63,615 bases of DNA from a virus (Duplodnaviria; Caudoviricetes). The stretch's first letter is position 1, and each line of letters begins with the position of its first letter. Shown here in pieces: positions 9,237 to 19,325 of this stretch. Where the stretch lies: positions 1 to 63,615 of the IMG/VR virus record IMGVR_UViG_3300016471_001057. The stretch is one strand, 5' to 3'. Below the pieces are notes generated by a model. The model worked only from the letters and a program-made list of their open reading frames with translations, did not search any database and was not told where the DNA came from. The position numbers and the translations under genes were made by a program.

Positions 9237-9425
9237 TCAATTCTTTTTATCGGCCGGTAAATCCTCAACACTCATTACACCTTTTCTAATAAAAGTACCG
9301 CTAGCTGGGTCAATCCAATGGCATTCCTTGTAAAGTTTATTCCCAACAATCTTTTCAATTATTCTTGGTGCTACAGGCTGGCCACTAATTGGGCTAGTTA
9401 TCTTAATCGGGCGTACTAGATCCAT
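9237..9425 (-). CDS. Small hypothetical protein (degenerate Zn-ribbon-like SPISG..DPASG)
   Basis: CTAAATA at 9430-9436, 4 nt before the ATG. Confidence 0.6.
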   Translation of the reverse strand: MDLVRPIKITSPISGQPVAPRIIEKIVGNKLYKECHWIDPASGTFIRKGVMSVEDLPADKKN

Positions 9426-9432
9426 ACTATAT

Positions 9433-9744
9433 TTAGGTCTTTGCTTTCTCTTTCAACTGATTTTTTCTATATTGTTCTAAACAAACACCATATACAGGGT
9501 CAGGTAATTTTTCTACAAAAACTATAATTTTTTCTTTTATACCAGAATTAAATGATTTTACAGGAACCTTTCTAATAAGCATCTTTGGCAAACTTAAAAA
9601 ATAGTGATTTTCCTCTTTTGTTTCAACATAGACAAAAAATTCTCCAACGTAATCCCCGTGTTCTACAGCATATGCGCCTTTTTTCTGAGGCACAACATTT
9701 TTATGGACAAAAGTGTTTAGCAAATTGTTGTATATCTCTTTCAA
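9433..9744 (-). CDS. Hypothetical protein
   Basis: Fills the operon gap; start uncertain because it overlaps the upstream gene. Confidence 0.6.
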   Translation of the reverse strand: MKEIYNNLLNTFVHKNVVPQKKGAYAVEHGDYVGEFFVYVETKEENHYFLSLPKMLIRKVPVKSFNSGIKEKIIVFVEKLPDPVYGVCLEQYRKNQLKEKAKT

Positions 9745-10564
9745 GCGATGTTATAGAATTTGGTAATTCTATTCCTAGTTTTTTTGTATAGTCAGTACTT
9801 AAAACACAATTACTTCTACCGGCCACAATATCTAAATTTTTCATTTCTACAAAATTCCAGTTTTTGTTCTCTACTCCATGTTGCCTGAGAATAGATACTA
9901 TTTCTTTAGCTTCAAGACCCCCGGGGTTTACTACGTTTATAGGCCCCGGATTAATACCTTTAACAATAGGCAGTAAATTATATACAAAATGATAAAAATC
10001 CGTCATACTAGTTAGGCTATTTTTCTGACTTATTAAATTATTATACTTAAAAATTTTATTAAGATAGTTTTTTGGTAATAATGTTGAGTCAAATGGCATT
10101 CTTATTCGCAATATATGGGCTCTAAAGTTTGATAAGACCATTTCTGAAATATGCTTGCATTGACTGTAATAGCTACTTTGATTATTATAAAATCCAAAAT
10201 TAGGAATGTCGCACTCAGTGTATTCCTTATCGTACCCAGAATATATACATCCACTACTAACCTGAATTAAGGGAATGTTTAGTACATCGCAGGCAAGGGC
10301 AATTGTATGGGGTACTTGAACATTCCAAAACCAGCAAAGATTTTTATTAGACTCACATGCATCAACGTTTGGAACTCCGGTGTATCCAGAACTATTAATA
10401 ATAACAGTAGGTTTGTACTCTGATAAAAATTGCTTTAAAATAATAGGATTGGTGTAGTCAAGATCGGTCTTAGAGAAACCCTTTACATTTAGAGAATTTT
10501 TTTGCAGGTATGAGCTAAGACCTGTACCAACATATCCTTTGCCGAAAAGTACTATTTTTGTCAT
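9701..10564 (-). CDS. NDP-sugar reductase/epimerase (RmlD / 3,5-epimerase-4-reductase-like SDR)
   Basis: LFGKGYVG Rossmann motif, GYTGVPNVDACE, SSGCIY, YSQCK (YxxxK), LRIRMP, RSNCVL. Confidence 0.85.
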   Translation of the reverse strand: MTKIVLFGKGYVGTGLSSYLQKNSLNVKGFSKTDLDYTNPIILKQFLSEYKPTVIINSSGYTGVPNVDACESNKNLCWFWNVQVPHTIALACDVLNIPLIQVSSGCIYSGYDKEYTECDIPNFGFYNNQSSYYSQCKHISEMVLSNFRAHILRIRMPFDSTLLPKNYLNKIFKYNNLISQKNSLTSMTDFYHFVYNLLPIVKGINPGPINVVNPGGLEAKEIVSILRQHGVENKNWNFVEMKNLDIVAGRSNCVLSTDYTKKLGIELPNSITSLERDIQQFAKHFCP

Positions 10565-10896
10565 TTGTCCTCACTACCAGAAATAGTATTAAAAATAAAC
10601 CTATTAATGGCAGCGGACAAGGCATCAGCATCTTTTTGGTTAGACGCATGAATAGCGTTTATAGGCTCACCATTAACATTGTAACCAATGATAATGAATG
10701 CACTTAGATATTCTGAAATCATGGAAATGAGGGATGCCATACTCTTAGATTTCTCAACCTTTGCATTTGTTTGATGAGCAAGATAATCCTGCATGGCCGA
10801 TTTGAGCAACTCTTCAATTTGCTTTTTATCCATCTTAACCATTTTTTGCAGTTTCTTATCGTCGCCATTCATGTCGTTATTGTGCGGCTGTTTCAC
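10561..10896 (-). CDS. Hypothetical protein
   Basis: GTG 5 nt after CTAAATA (10902-10908), which lies inside the upstream ORF. Confidence 0.65.
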   Translation of the reverse strand: MKQPHNNDMNGDDKKLQKMVKMDKKQIEELLKSAMQDYLAHQTNAKVEKSKSMASLISMISEYLSAFIIIGYNVNGEPINAIHASNQKDADALSAAINRFIFNTISGSEDK

Positions 10897-11245
10897 CGGT
10901 ATATTTAGGCTTCTGAGTATAGTATGGACTTTTTGTCGGGTTATTATTAACCCCTTTGTCTAGAAGGTACCTAATAATAACTTCTATACTATCTGTTTTA
11001 ATACTAAAATTTCGGTTAAATCTAATACCTCCATCATTTAATTCAAACATAATATCATCTAAGAAATCCTTGTTAGTAAAGCATGTAATAAACACAGACG
11101 AATACCCCGGGTCAACTAATACCGTCCACCGCCGGGGATCATGCTTTCCATAGTTATTGAAAACTCGCCAAACAATAAACCCGTTATCACGAAGTCTTTT
11201 CATGAAATAACTTGGGGTACGAATTTTATTTTTTGAGGTGCTCAT
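10877..11245 (-). CDS. Hypothetical protein
   Basis: ATGA-coupled to the clamp gene. Confidence 0.7.
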   Translation of the reverse strand: MSTSKNKIRTPSYFMKRLRDNGFIVWRVFNNYGKHDPRRWTVLVDPGYSSVFITCFTNKDFLDDIMFELNDGGIRFNRNFSIKTDSIEVIIRYLLDKGVNNNPTKSPYYTQKPKYTGETAAQ

Positions 11246-11970
11246 TTTATAAGGGAAGAAGCAATATACTTCGTTGTGACAATATTATCAGCTACATGGA
11301 ATAGAACAATGCCGATTTTTGGATTTATACTACATTGTAACTGCTTCACTCTCACACCGCTAATTATTCTAATAAGTTCAAAATTCAAGCATATAGATCC
11401 AAGAGGTGCACCCGTATATTCTGCAAGAGGAATAGAAATACTATCAACATTATGTCTGGATTTATCGGTTAAATCCCCAACAATTTTACCATCCTCGGTA
11501 TAAAGATATAATTTGTTACTTTCTGTGGCAAAGGTGCTACCTCTTAAAAGCTCTAACAGAGTTTTATATTGTATAGTAAAATTAACAGGAAAGTCTAAAT
11601 CGTTTATTTTAGCAATATCTATCTTCGGTTTAGTTATAATACCATCTTCAAGTAAGTGATATTTAAACCTAATTTCTGGTCCAAAGTAGCTAATATTATT
11701 TTTATCGACTGTGAAGTTGAAGCTATCGCTACTAACCCCCTCGAAAGCTTTAATAACCTTTTTAACATCTGAAATATTGATGTTTATTTTTTCATCAGTT
11801 TTGGTATTAATTTTATATGCAGTATAGAGAATTACCGAAGCATCGGAAGTAGCTACGGTACAATTAAAACCATTTTTATCTAACTGAATAACACAACTAT
11901 CATTAATCTTACTAATGGGTAGCAAAAAACTATTAAGAAAGAGTTTTTTATCCGGTACAGCTACATTCAC
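11242..11970 (-). CDS. gp45: Sliding clamp (T4 gp45/PCNA-like)
   Basis: 242 aa, beta-rich two-domain pattern, NISDVKKVI and FKYHLLEDGII resemble gp45 homologs; replication context. Confidence 0.7.
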   Translation of the reverse strand: MNVAVPDKKLFLNSFLLPISKINDSCVIQLDKNGFNCTVATSDASVILYTAYKINTKTDEKININISDVKKVIKAFEGVSSDSFNFTVDKNNISYFGPEIRFKYHLLEDGIITKPKIDIAKINDLDFPVNFTIQYKTLLELLRGSTFATESNKLYLYTEDGKIVGDLTDKSRHNVDSISIPLAEYTGAPLGSICLNFELIRIISGVRVKQLQCSINPKIGIVLFHVADNIVTTKYIASSLIK

Positions 11971-11990
11971 TAAATAATTTTAAAGTATTA

Positions 11991-12431
11991 CTAGCCAATT
12001 GCAAGTTTATCTAATTTGCTGGTAAGTAAATCAAGTTTATCAAGAAGTCTATCTAATTTATCATTGATTGTATCGGGGGTAATTTTCTTAGAAAAATCAA
12101 ATACCAATTGATTTGGGTCTTCTGTTACCAGGGGTTGTTGGACATTAATACCCGCATTTACCACTGTTGCAGCCGGTGAAGGTGCATATTGATGCTGAAT
12201 AGTAGTTACTACAGGTTGATGTGAGGGTGCTGGGGTTGGTACGGGTGCATTAGCTTGGGGAATATTTGAAAAAACGCTCTTTAGATCTGTTTTTATTCCA
12301 GAAATATTTTTAGATGACCCAACAATATTTTTGTCGATCTCTTTTAGCTGAGCTAAAGTTGTTCCTAAAAGATTAACTATAGCATCTCTAGCTTCGGGAG
12401 TATTTGGATCAACCGGACGAAAGAAGTCCAT
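11991..12431 (-). CDS. Hypothetical protein with Pro-rich linker and C-terminal leucine heptads
   Basis: DKLDRLLDKLDLLTSKLDKL; stop/start overlap with gp32. Confidence 0.65.
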   Translation of the reverse strand: MDFFRPVDPNTPEARDAIVNLLGTTLAQLKEIDKNIVGSSKNISGIKTDLKSVFSNIPQANAPVPTPAPSHQPVVTTIQHQYAPSPAATVVNAGINVQQPLVTEDPNQLVFDFSKKITPDTINDKLDRLLDKLDLLTSKLDKLAIG

Positions 12432-13261
12432 TAGTCGTCAATACCTTTGAGCAGTTCTTTAACAGTATCGTCCTCGAGCAAATCTACATCATCTTTAGCT
12501 TCTTTTTTAGCTACAGTCTTTGTAGGTACTGTCTTCTCAACTGTTTCTTGCTCGGTTGCACAGAGATAATGCTCATCTAAAAGCTGCTTTAGTTCATCGT
12601 AACTTTTAACCGTAAATACATTCTCTAGGTCAAAGGCGCCTTTATAAATGTCATCAACTTTAGATTTATCCAGGCCTTCAACAGCCTTGGGCATAGTAAA
12701 TTTACTGCTTACATAGGTAGGATAATCACCCTGTTGCTCAACCTTAATCTTGAGGTTGCAGCCTTTATCTGATAAATCAAAGATTCTAGCACCAAGGTCT
12801 TCTGCACCTTCACCTTCAATTGCATCCATAATAATCTTATGCAATTGCTTACCGTAGCGGAGAATCATAACTTTGCCGTTATTGTCTTCGTTCACCGGAT
12901 CATTAACAATATATGCATTTACCAGCCACTTTTCAGTGCGTAGAATAGCCTTGGCTTTATCTTTCTCCTCAGCAGTGCCTGTCTTGAGTACTTTGTAGCG
13001 ATATTCTGCAATCGGGTCCCTTTCTCCGAATGTTGACGGGCTGACAGCAGAAACATACTGACCGGTAGAAAAACTCGTCCAGCCAAAAGTATAGTAATGA
13101 AAAAATGTCTTGACCGGGTCTTTGGTATTAGGAATTAAACGAACTGTATATGTATTACCAACCTCCAATTTTAGAATATCCTTATTACGGGATTGGGTAT
13201 TGTTATTTTTAGCTAAAGCTGATTTAATACTTTCAAACATCGAATTTGTAATGGCGCTCAT
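12431..13261 (-). CDS. gp32: Single-stranded DNA-binding protein (T4 gp32-like)
   Basis: VRLIP, VNAYIVNDP...NNGKV, YGKQL, IFDL..GCNLKIK, YPTYVSSKF, KSYDELK, acidic tail. Confidence 0.92.
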   Translation of the reverse strand: MSAITNSMFESIKSALAKNNNTQSRNKDILKLEVGNTYTVRLIPNTKDPVKTFFHYYTFGWTSFSTGQYVSAVSPSTFGERDPIAEYRYKVLKTGTAEEKDKAKAILRTEKWLVNAYIVNDPVNEDNNGKVMILRYGKQLHKIIMDAIEGEGAEDLGARIFDLSDKGCNLKIKVEQQGDYPTYVSSKFTMPKAVEGLDKSKVDDIYKGAFDLENVFTVKSYDELKQLLDEHYLCATEQETVEKTVPTKTVAKKEAKDDVDLLEDDTVKELLKGIDD

Positions 13262-13291
13262 ACACTAATAATAATAGATACAGAATATAAA

Positions 13292-13930
13292 TCAACTAAT
13301 ATTTTTCTTTATTTTCTCTAATCCTTTGACAGAAAGTATTTTTGCTTTTGTACTATTTAAGTACTTTGTCCGAAACATATTAATATTGTCGTACATATCC
13401 CCGAGGGTAAATCTTAACAAATCTGGATCATGTTGACGTAAAATAAAATCAAAATTTTTAAAAGCAAATAGATTATAAATGCTTATTTTTCTTTCCTTTA
13501 AATGTGTTATAAAGGTATTTTGAATGCCTATTTTTTGGTGCAAGTAATCATCTAAATCAATATTATTATCTTGGCAGTATTCTTTAATAAAATTTAAACC
13601 AGTTATGATTTTTCTTAGATGGTAGTCGTCGTCCGGGGAAAGAAGCAGCTTTTTTTTCTGAGCTAAAGTATATACCTTTATAGCTTTCGGGGAAGAGTAA
13701 AAATGTAAATCAAAACCACTTTCCCCAGGATAAAGAGTATAGGGCGCTGTAAAGAATTCTGTCATATCTACCGAACTATTTCTAGAAAAGAAGTTTTTCA
13801 GTCTTGTAACTAAGGGAAAAAATTCAGTTTGCTCAAATCCCTCCCATTGTTTTCTTAGTTTATAAGGTAACCCGCTATGGCTACGAGATATCTTTAAAAA
13901 AGTATTGTATATGATTTTCTCTGACATCAT
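13292..13930 (-). CDS. Hypothetical protein, possible gp59-like helicase loader
   Basis: Size and position directly upstream of gp32 match T4 gp59; no diagnostic motif seen. Confidence 0.4.
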   Translation of the reverse strand: MMSEKIIYNTFLKISRSHSGLPYKLRKQWEGFEQTEFFPLVTRLKNFFSRNSSVDMTEFFTAPYTLYPGESGFDLHFYSSPKAIKVYTLAQKKKLLLSPDDDYHLRKIITGLNFIKEYCQDNNIDLDDYLHQKIGIQNTFITHLKERKISIYNLFAFKNFDFILRQHDPDLLRFTLGDMYDNINMFRTKYLNSTKAKILSVKGLEKIKKNIS

Positions 13931-14643
13931 GTAAAGTTGGCCTCCAGAAATCTTATTTCTGCTTCTTTATTATGTGAATGTCTACCTACAAAATTAACCC
14001 TTCTAAAGAATTGCTTATCTGGAACATATCGAGGAATATTATAATGGTTAAATTTATGTCTCAAGTACCATTCTGCTGACCATATATCTGAATATGCAAA
14101 GTAATTATCATCATAAATTGTATTCAGTGCAAAATCAAGAGTACTATAATACGGGCTATCGTCAAAAGACCACCCGTTATCTTTTCTAAAATATTCTGTG
14201 TCAGTATTAATAATATTAAAAGTATTCAATGTACGTAGTATTTTTCTTTGTGGGTCGTTACAGGTCATTTCTATGTTTAAATAGGGTAGGTCATTATTCT
14301 TAATAAAATTAATAAGATCATTAACTTCTGATTCATTCTTATTGCAGGAGTATACATCATCTTGCATGAATATTAATTTTGTGATTCCCTGTTGTTTTAA
14401 AAAATGTAATGCTTTTCCAAAAGCAGCGGGGTATGTGCCTTCTGCTGTAGCAATAGTAAAATTAAATCCTTCAAGTAGTTTGCTATCCTTAATATTTTGA
14501 ACATATTCCCTGGGAGAATTATGAAAAACTAATAAGTTATAATCTAAATTTGATCTTAATTTCTTATCAAAATAATCTTTTGACTTATATTTGAAAATAT
14601 CGAAACGTTCATTCCCGTACGTAAAGGTTAAACTGGCAATCAT
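13927..14643 (-). CDS. Putative GT-A fold glycosyltransferase
   Basis: N-terminal beta strand, YPAAFGKALHFL helix then LIFMQDD (DxD-like). Confidence 0.5.
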   Translation of the reverse strand: MIASLTFTYGNERFDIFKYKSKDYFDKKLRSNLDYNLLVFHNSPREYVQNIKDSKLLEGFNFTIATAEGTYPAAFGKALHFLKQQGITKLIFMQDDVYSCNKNESEVNDLINFIKNNDLPYLNIEMTCNDPQRKILRTLNTFNIINTDTEYFRKDNGWSFDDSPYYSTLDFALNTIYDDNYFAYSDIWSAEWYLRHKFNHYNIPRYVPDKQFFRRVNFVGRHSHNKEAEIRFLEANFT

Positions 14644-14900
14644 TTTTGTGCATTTAGATATTTCATGATATATTTGCTCTTACATAAAGAGGGATCAAAC
14701 TCAAGGAATATTCTAACTGCTGCAATATCATTATCAATACCAAGTAAGCTCTTAAATAAGTTTTTTACGTTTTTATTTTGCAAGTATAAAAGCAATATAT
14801 TTGCCAAATTATATCTCTTATTAAAGCATATACATATAAAACTACAAAATGTTCGAAACAGATGGTCTGTTTCTTCCCGGTGAATGTTGTTGAAATTCAT
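14640..14900 (-). CDS. Small hypothetical protein
   Basis: Overlap-coupled within the replication operon. Confidence 0.6.
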   Translation of the reverse strand: MNFNNIHREETDHLFRTFCSFICICFNKRYNLANILLLYLQNKNVKNLFKSLLGIDNDIAAVRIFLEFDPSLCKSKYIMKYLNAQK

Positions 14901-15777
14901 ATGGTAATAGGGATCGTGTAAAATTTATAAATGTATCGTTCAAAATCCCGCCTGCAGCATTTTCGTGGCCACCACCTTGAGCTATTTTTTGAGCAAACTT
15001 AGCTAAATTTAACATACAAGTTTTAGATTTTCTAAAGCTAACCTTTTGTGTCTTAAGGTTTACCACTATTGCAATATCTGCATTTGTAGTAGATAAAATA
15101 TGGTCAGCAACATCGTTAATTGCGAAATTAGAAAATGTAGCGACTACCTTATATGTTCTTTCTCCTAATTCTAGATCTCGATGATATAACTGTAAAGATG
15201 AAAGTATTTCATCAATTCTTTTTTTGTAGAAATGAATGATATTTTTTTGTTGCGCGTTAAATCCGTTAAAACCTTCCTTAAATTCCTCATAAAATTTTTG
15301 TATCCTATCTCCTGTATAACTCCAAAAAATATAATTTAACTCGCGAGAAAAAGGCAGGTGGAGTGAATAATTATCATAATCATCTACCCCTAAGAGTAAA
15401 AGCTTTTTTTCTTTAGGAAGAGCTAAGCTTTTACTAAGCCTTTTCAGTGTCTTGTATAATAAAATACAGGTACTAGTCGATTCCTCTAAAAATGTTTTTG
15501 CCTGTTTAAACGCTGATTTTCTAAAAATACTTTCTTCATGATGGTCAACTATGGTAACATTTTTGTAATCATAAAGCTCTGGGGTACTTCCCACACTCAA
15601 ATCAAGAATATAAATTTTATTAAATTTTTCTATACAGGGGACAATGTGTTGTTTCCAATATAAAGGTAGTTCAGATTGAGGCAATGCTTTAACTGGTAAT
15701 TTTTTTTCTTTATACCAATTCAAGAGAAGATACGAGGCGGCACCATCAAGGTCTGCATGTGTTAAGCATAATTCCAT
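14842..15777 (-). CDS. DHH/DHHA1 phosphoesterase
   Basis: THADLDG, ILDLS, VDHH, SFR, GGGHENAAG. Confidence 0.9.
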   Translation of the reverse strand: MELCLTHADLDGAASYLLLNWYKEKKLPVKALPQSELPLYWKQHIVPCIEKFNKIYILDLSVGSTPELYDYKNVTIVDHHEESIFRKSAFKQAKTFLEESTSTCILLYKTLKRLSKSLALPKEKKLLLLGVDDYDNYSLHLPFSRELNYIFWSYTGDRIQKFYEEFKEGFNGFNAQQKNIIHFYKKRIDEILSSLQLYHRDLELGERTYKVVATFSNFAINDVADHILSTTNADIAIVVNLKTQKVSFRKSKTCMLNLAKFAQKIAQGGGHENAAGGILNDTFINFTRSLLPYEFQQHSPGRNRPSVSNIL

Positions 15778-17123
15778 TACGTTTCTCCAAGATTAGCTAA
15801 CGTTTTAGTAAATTCTATAGCCTCTTGACTCTCATTTACAGTATCATCCTCAGAAATTTGTAATGTATTATAGTCAATTTTCAGTGCTATACTACCAAAG
15901 TTAGGACCGAATCTATTTTTCGTAATTCCTATATTAATAATACCTAGTTCTTTATCTTCGTCTTTCTGCCATATTGAAACAATAGCATCGGAGGTTGTAG
16001 CAAGCCCTATACTTTCAGAAATAGTCTCTAGACCGGGGTTATCCATATTATATCCACTACGATTAAGCTGGGTGGCCGACACTATAGGACAGTTTAGATC
16101 ATAACTTAAAGCACGAACTTGTTGAGCTGCGTATAATACTCTTTCATAACTATTATTACCCACCGGGCTATGAAGCAAATTTAAATAATCCAATACAATA
16201 ACATCTATCTTAATACCTTTTTGAATAAGCTTCTTAACATAACCTTTTAACTGATGCGGGGTAAGAGTGGATGGTGGAAATTCTTTGATAATAATTTTAG
16301 ATTTCTTGCTTTGACCTAATGATTGTATAATTTGCTTAAGGTTTTCTGATTCTTCTTTAAGGTGACTAAGGGGAATACTAGTAATATTGGATGAAAGCCT
16401 TCGCGCGTACATCATCTCACTCATTTCTAGAGATATAATAAGAACATTTTTACCCTGCAGAGCTATTTGTGTAGCAATATTACCAAGAAAGATGCTCTTA
16501 CCAACATTAGTCTCCCCAGCAAACACATAGAGGGCCCGGCCATTTTCCAAAAGCCCACCACCTAATTTATTATCAAGCCATTTCCACCCCGTTCGAATAT
16601 GGGGTTCTTCTCGGTGAAGTTCCGCAACAAACTGATCTATATCTTGAAACAGCTCTATACCCATATTTTGAGCTAAATTAATACCTACTGCCTTTTCAAA
16701 TTTAGTTAGCAAATCTGCAGAATTTAGTTCTTTGGAATCGAGTTTCTCCGCCGCTTCCAATAATGCATTCATTACAGCTTTTTCTTTCAAAAATAATTCT
16801 GTATTTTCTACTAATTCGGCTCGGTTAAACTTTCGATCAATATCAGTAAATGACTCTACTACAGTTTTAAAGCTAGCCTTAAGTTCATCAGTAGTAAGAT
16901 ATGCCTTGATCTCTGTGTGGGTTGGTACTGTACCTTTATCTTTAAAAAATTTTAGTATAATACCAACTACTGATTTTATATCTTTGCTCTTAAAATACCG
17001 AGTATCTAGATGATCTACAATTGATGCTAGGTAAACAGAGTCTATCAAGCAATTATACATAATAATTGTCTCGTAAAAATCTAAATCTAGATTCTTTCTA
17101 TCTTCTCTCTTTATCTTTTCCAT
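15777..17123 (-). CDS. gp41: Replicative helicase (T4 gp41/DnaB)
   Basis: GETNVGKS, SLEMSE, IIKEFP, LDYLNL, SATQLNR, KNRFG. Confidence 0.96.
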   Translation of the reverse strand: MEKIKREDRKNLDLDFYETIIMYNCLIDSVYLASIVDHLDTRYFKSKDIKSVVGIILKFFKDKGTVPTHTEIKAYLTTDELKASFKTVVESFTDIDRKFNRAELVENTELFLKEKAVMNALLEAAEKLDSKELNSADLLTKFEKAVGINLAQNMGIELFQDIDQFVAELHREEPHIRTGWKWLDNKLGGGLLENGRALYVFAGETNVGKSIFLGNIATQIALQGKNVLIISLEMSEMMYARRLSSNITSIPLSHLKEESENLKQIIQSLGQSKKSKIIIKEFPPSTLTPHQLKGYVKKLIQKGIKIDVIVLDYLNLLHSPVGNNSYERVLYAAQQVRALSYDLNCPIVSATQLNRSGYNMDNPGLETISESIGLATTSDAIVSIWQKDEDKELGIINIGITKNRFGPNFGSIALKIDYNTLQISEDDTVNESQEAIEFTKTLANLGET

Positions 17124-17755
17124 TTTTTTATGAATAGCTCGTTACTTTTATTCCATCCTCCATCATTAAGATCGCGCAGTCCTGGACTGTCGTGCTGAAT
17201 AATTATAGGCCATACACCTAGTTTAAGCTTCTTACTGTTACAAGTCAAGCTAAAATCTATATCATAATGATGCCACATAAATTGCTGGTCAAATCTTGCC
17301 CCAGAATTATACACTTTCTTAGCATCCAAAGCTAAAAATACTCCATCCAGCACCGTTACCCTGCTAGGCGTTGGGCCAAACGTGGTAAGAAACAGACTAT
17401 CTGGACTGGCTGTGTGGCCGGCAATTCCCCTATAATCTTCTTTAGGCACCATCCAATGCCATAAATTCTTATCCAGTATTTGAGGGTTTAGCCCACCAGC
17501 TACTCCAAGTACATCGTAATGTCTAAGACCGTCCTTAATAGTACTAAAATTAGTATATTTTAATGAGACATCATGATGACATAGGATTATCGTGTCAAAA
17601 TCATTATATCTTGTTTCTATAATGCTATTATAGTATTCAGGTAGCCCTATTTCTGTATTATTATACACAACTTCAAGATGGATCTCCTTATTAGTAAACG
17701 TTTTTTCTAATAAACAGTTATTCCGTAGAGGACTAATCGAAAAAATACCTACCAT
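17111..17755 (-). CDS. GT-A fold glycosyltransferase-like protein (Glyco_tranf_2_5-like)
   Basis: YYN, ILCHHDV, LGVAG, LDGVFLA, FD..F.WHHYDIDFSL, H.SPG. Confidence 0.8.
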   Translation of the reverse strand: MVGIFSISPLRNNCLLEKTFTNKEIHLEVVYNNTEIGLPEYYNSIIETRYNDFDTIILCHHDVSLKYTNFSTIKDGLRHYDVLGVAGGLNPQILDKNLWHWMVPKEDYRGIAGHTASPDSLFLTTFGPTPSRVTVLDGVFLALDAKKVYNSGARFDQQFMWHHYDIDFSLTCNSKKLKLGVWPIIIQHDSPGLRDLNDGGWNKSNELFIKKWKR

Positions 17756-17793
17756 AACGTAAATTATAGCAAGAAGTTATAAATAATCAATAC

Positions 17794-18651
17794 ATGAATA
17801 AAGACACTCATTTAATTTTTGAAGCATACAAAAAAGTGCTAAATGAGGCACCTCCCGCCTACGCAATTGGTGATTTAGACATACCTACATCCAAGTTAAA
17901 AGATATGCCTGGTGGCGGATATGGATTAAAAAAGAAGGCCGAGCGCGAAAAAAAGCCTATCGAGTCAGTAACTCAAGATTTAGTTAAAGCAATTCAGACG
18001 CAATTGTTCAAACCAGAGAATCATACAGTGGACGGGGTTGAATACAACCTTTACTACCCAGGTAATGAAATGAAGCTTCGTAGTGACTTACAGAATTTAG
18101 TTCAAAAAGAGCTTGGCCTAGGTAAAACGGAATCCGGTTATACTGCACGTATTGTAAGAAATATGTTAAATATAATTGTAAAAGATTCCGCAACAGGGGG
18201 AATTGCAACTAGACCTGAAAAAATTAAAACGGCGATTGCAGCTGCGAAGAAGCCAGTAACTAAAACCGAGACTGTTTACGAAATTGATAAAGCAGTTAAA
18301 CTAACTGACAAAGCATTAAAGACTTTGGTTATAAACTTACCAGATGAGGATGTAGCTGAAAAAGAAATTTTAGGCGTTCTTAAGAGTGCCCTTAATGAGT
18401 ATAACGACCGCCCGGGTATCGAGCCTCTAAAGATGAAATCTTTTGATTTACTAGATAAACTAAAAGAAGCTGGTGTATTAAAAGAGAAGCAGGTAGAAAA
18501 AGAAGCCACAGCCGAGGGGGAAGGTACTGGAGAAGTTGAAACTATTGAGGATTATCCCGAATCCGATGATGTTGGATCGGTTGCCAGAGAGCTAGGTATG
18601 ATAGGCCGTGGGCGCGGATTTGATCCAGGTGGATATTCTTTTAACGATTAA
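17794..18651 (+). CDS. Hypothetical late, probably virion-associated protein
   Basis: TATAAATA at 17778-17785; leader MNKDTHLIFEAYKKVLNE. Confidence 0.7.
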   Translation: MNKDTHLIFEAYKKVLNEAPPAYAIGDLDIPTSKLKDMPGGGYGLKKKAEREKKPIESVTQDLVKAIQTQLFKPENHTVDGVEYNLYYPGNEMKLRSDLQNLVQKELGLGKTESGYTARIVRNMLNIIVKDSATGGIATRPEKIKTAIAAAKKPVTKTETVYEIDKAVKLTDKALKTLVINLPDEDVAEKEILGVLKSALNEYNDRPGIEPLKMKSFDLLDKLKEAGVLKEKQVEKEATAEGEGTGEVETIEDYPESDDVGSVARELGMIGRGRGFDPGGYSFND

Positions 18652-19325
18652 GTAAAAAACGGACTATCAAAGTCAAACTGTGACACGGCCGTAATACCTT
18701 CTGTTGTCAGTTGGTATAAACAACCTTCGGGTAGCGGCTCACTATCTTTAAACTTTACACTACTAAACTCATTATACAGATAATTAACAAAAACTGTACT
18801 CCCACACCGGGCCAGATAGGTACTATTGTTTGAAGAATCATAAATCCATAGCCCAAAGGTACCATCTAATAGACCTACTGCACGAGAAATGGCATCTGCA
18901 ACAGTTAAAGTACCTTCCCCTGCTTGAAATGATTCGTTGATCATTAATGGAATAATACTTGTATCAACCGGGTTACTCCACTTAGGATCAAACTGTTCTT
19001 TTATGTCATTAAAATTAGTAATTACTCCGTTGTGAGCAACCGTAAAGTTGTTGTAATTAAAAGGATGGGCAGTATTAACGCTATATTTTCTTTTTGCAGA
19101 TGTTGGTGCCTGAGTATGTCCTAGATACATTGTAACTTTGACATTATCTCGCTTAAAGGCTTCTTCTACTGCTTTGACCTCTACCGAACCGCTCCATCTA
19201 TGAATAATGAGGTCACCAGTATTGGTAACCAAGCATAAAGACGTAGCAAAAGTACCTCTTTTTTTATTAAGCTTATATAAAGTATAGAAGCGTTCTCTAT
19301 CAGTTGCGCCAAATATACCGCACAT
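18648..19325 (-). CDS. Class II (Ntn) glutamine amidotransferase, QueC-associated
   Basis: MCGIFG with Cys2 nucleophile, RG, LGHTQAPT, AHPF, AHNGVITN, VDT. Confidence 0.9.
   Translation of the reverse strand: MCGIFGATDRERFYTLYKLNKKRGTFATSLCLVTNTGDLIIHRWSGSVEVKAVEEAFKRDNVKVTMYLGHTQAPTSAKRKYSVNTAHPFNYNNFTVAHNGVITNFNDIKEQFDPKWSNPVDTSIIPLMINESFQAGEGTLTVADAISRAVGLLDGTFGLWIYDSSNNSTYLARCGSTVFVNYLYNEFSSVKFKDSEPLPEGCLYQLTTEGITAVSQFDFDSPFFT

Noticed and set aside
14640-14900. gp33 late co-activator by position
   Set aside because: Only size and neighbourhood fit; no recognisable sequence similarity.
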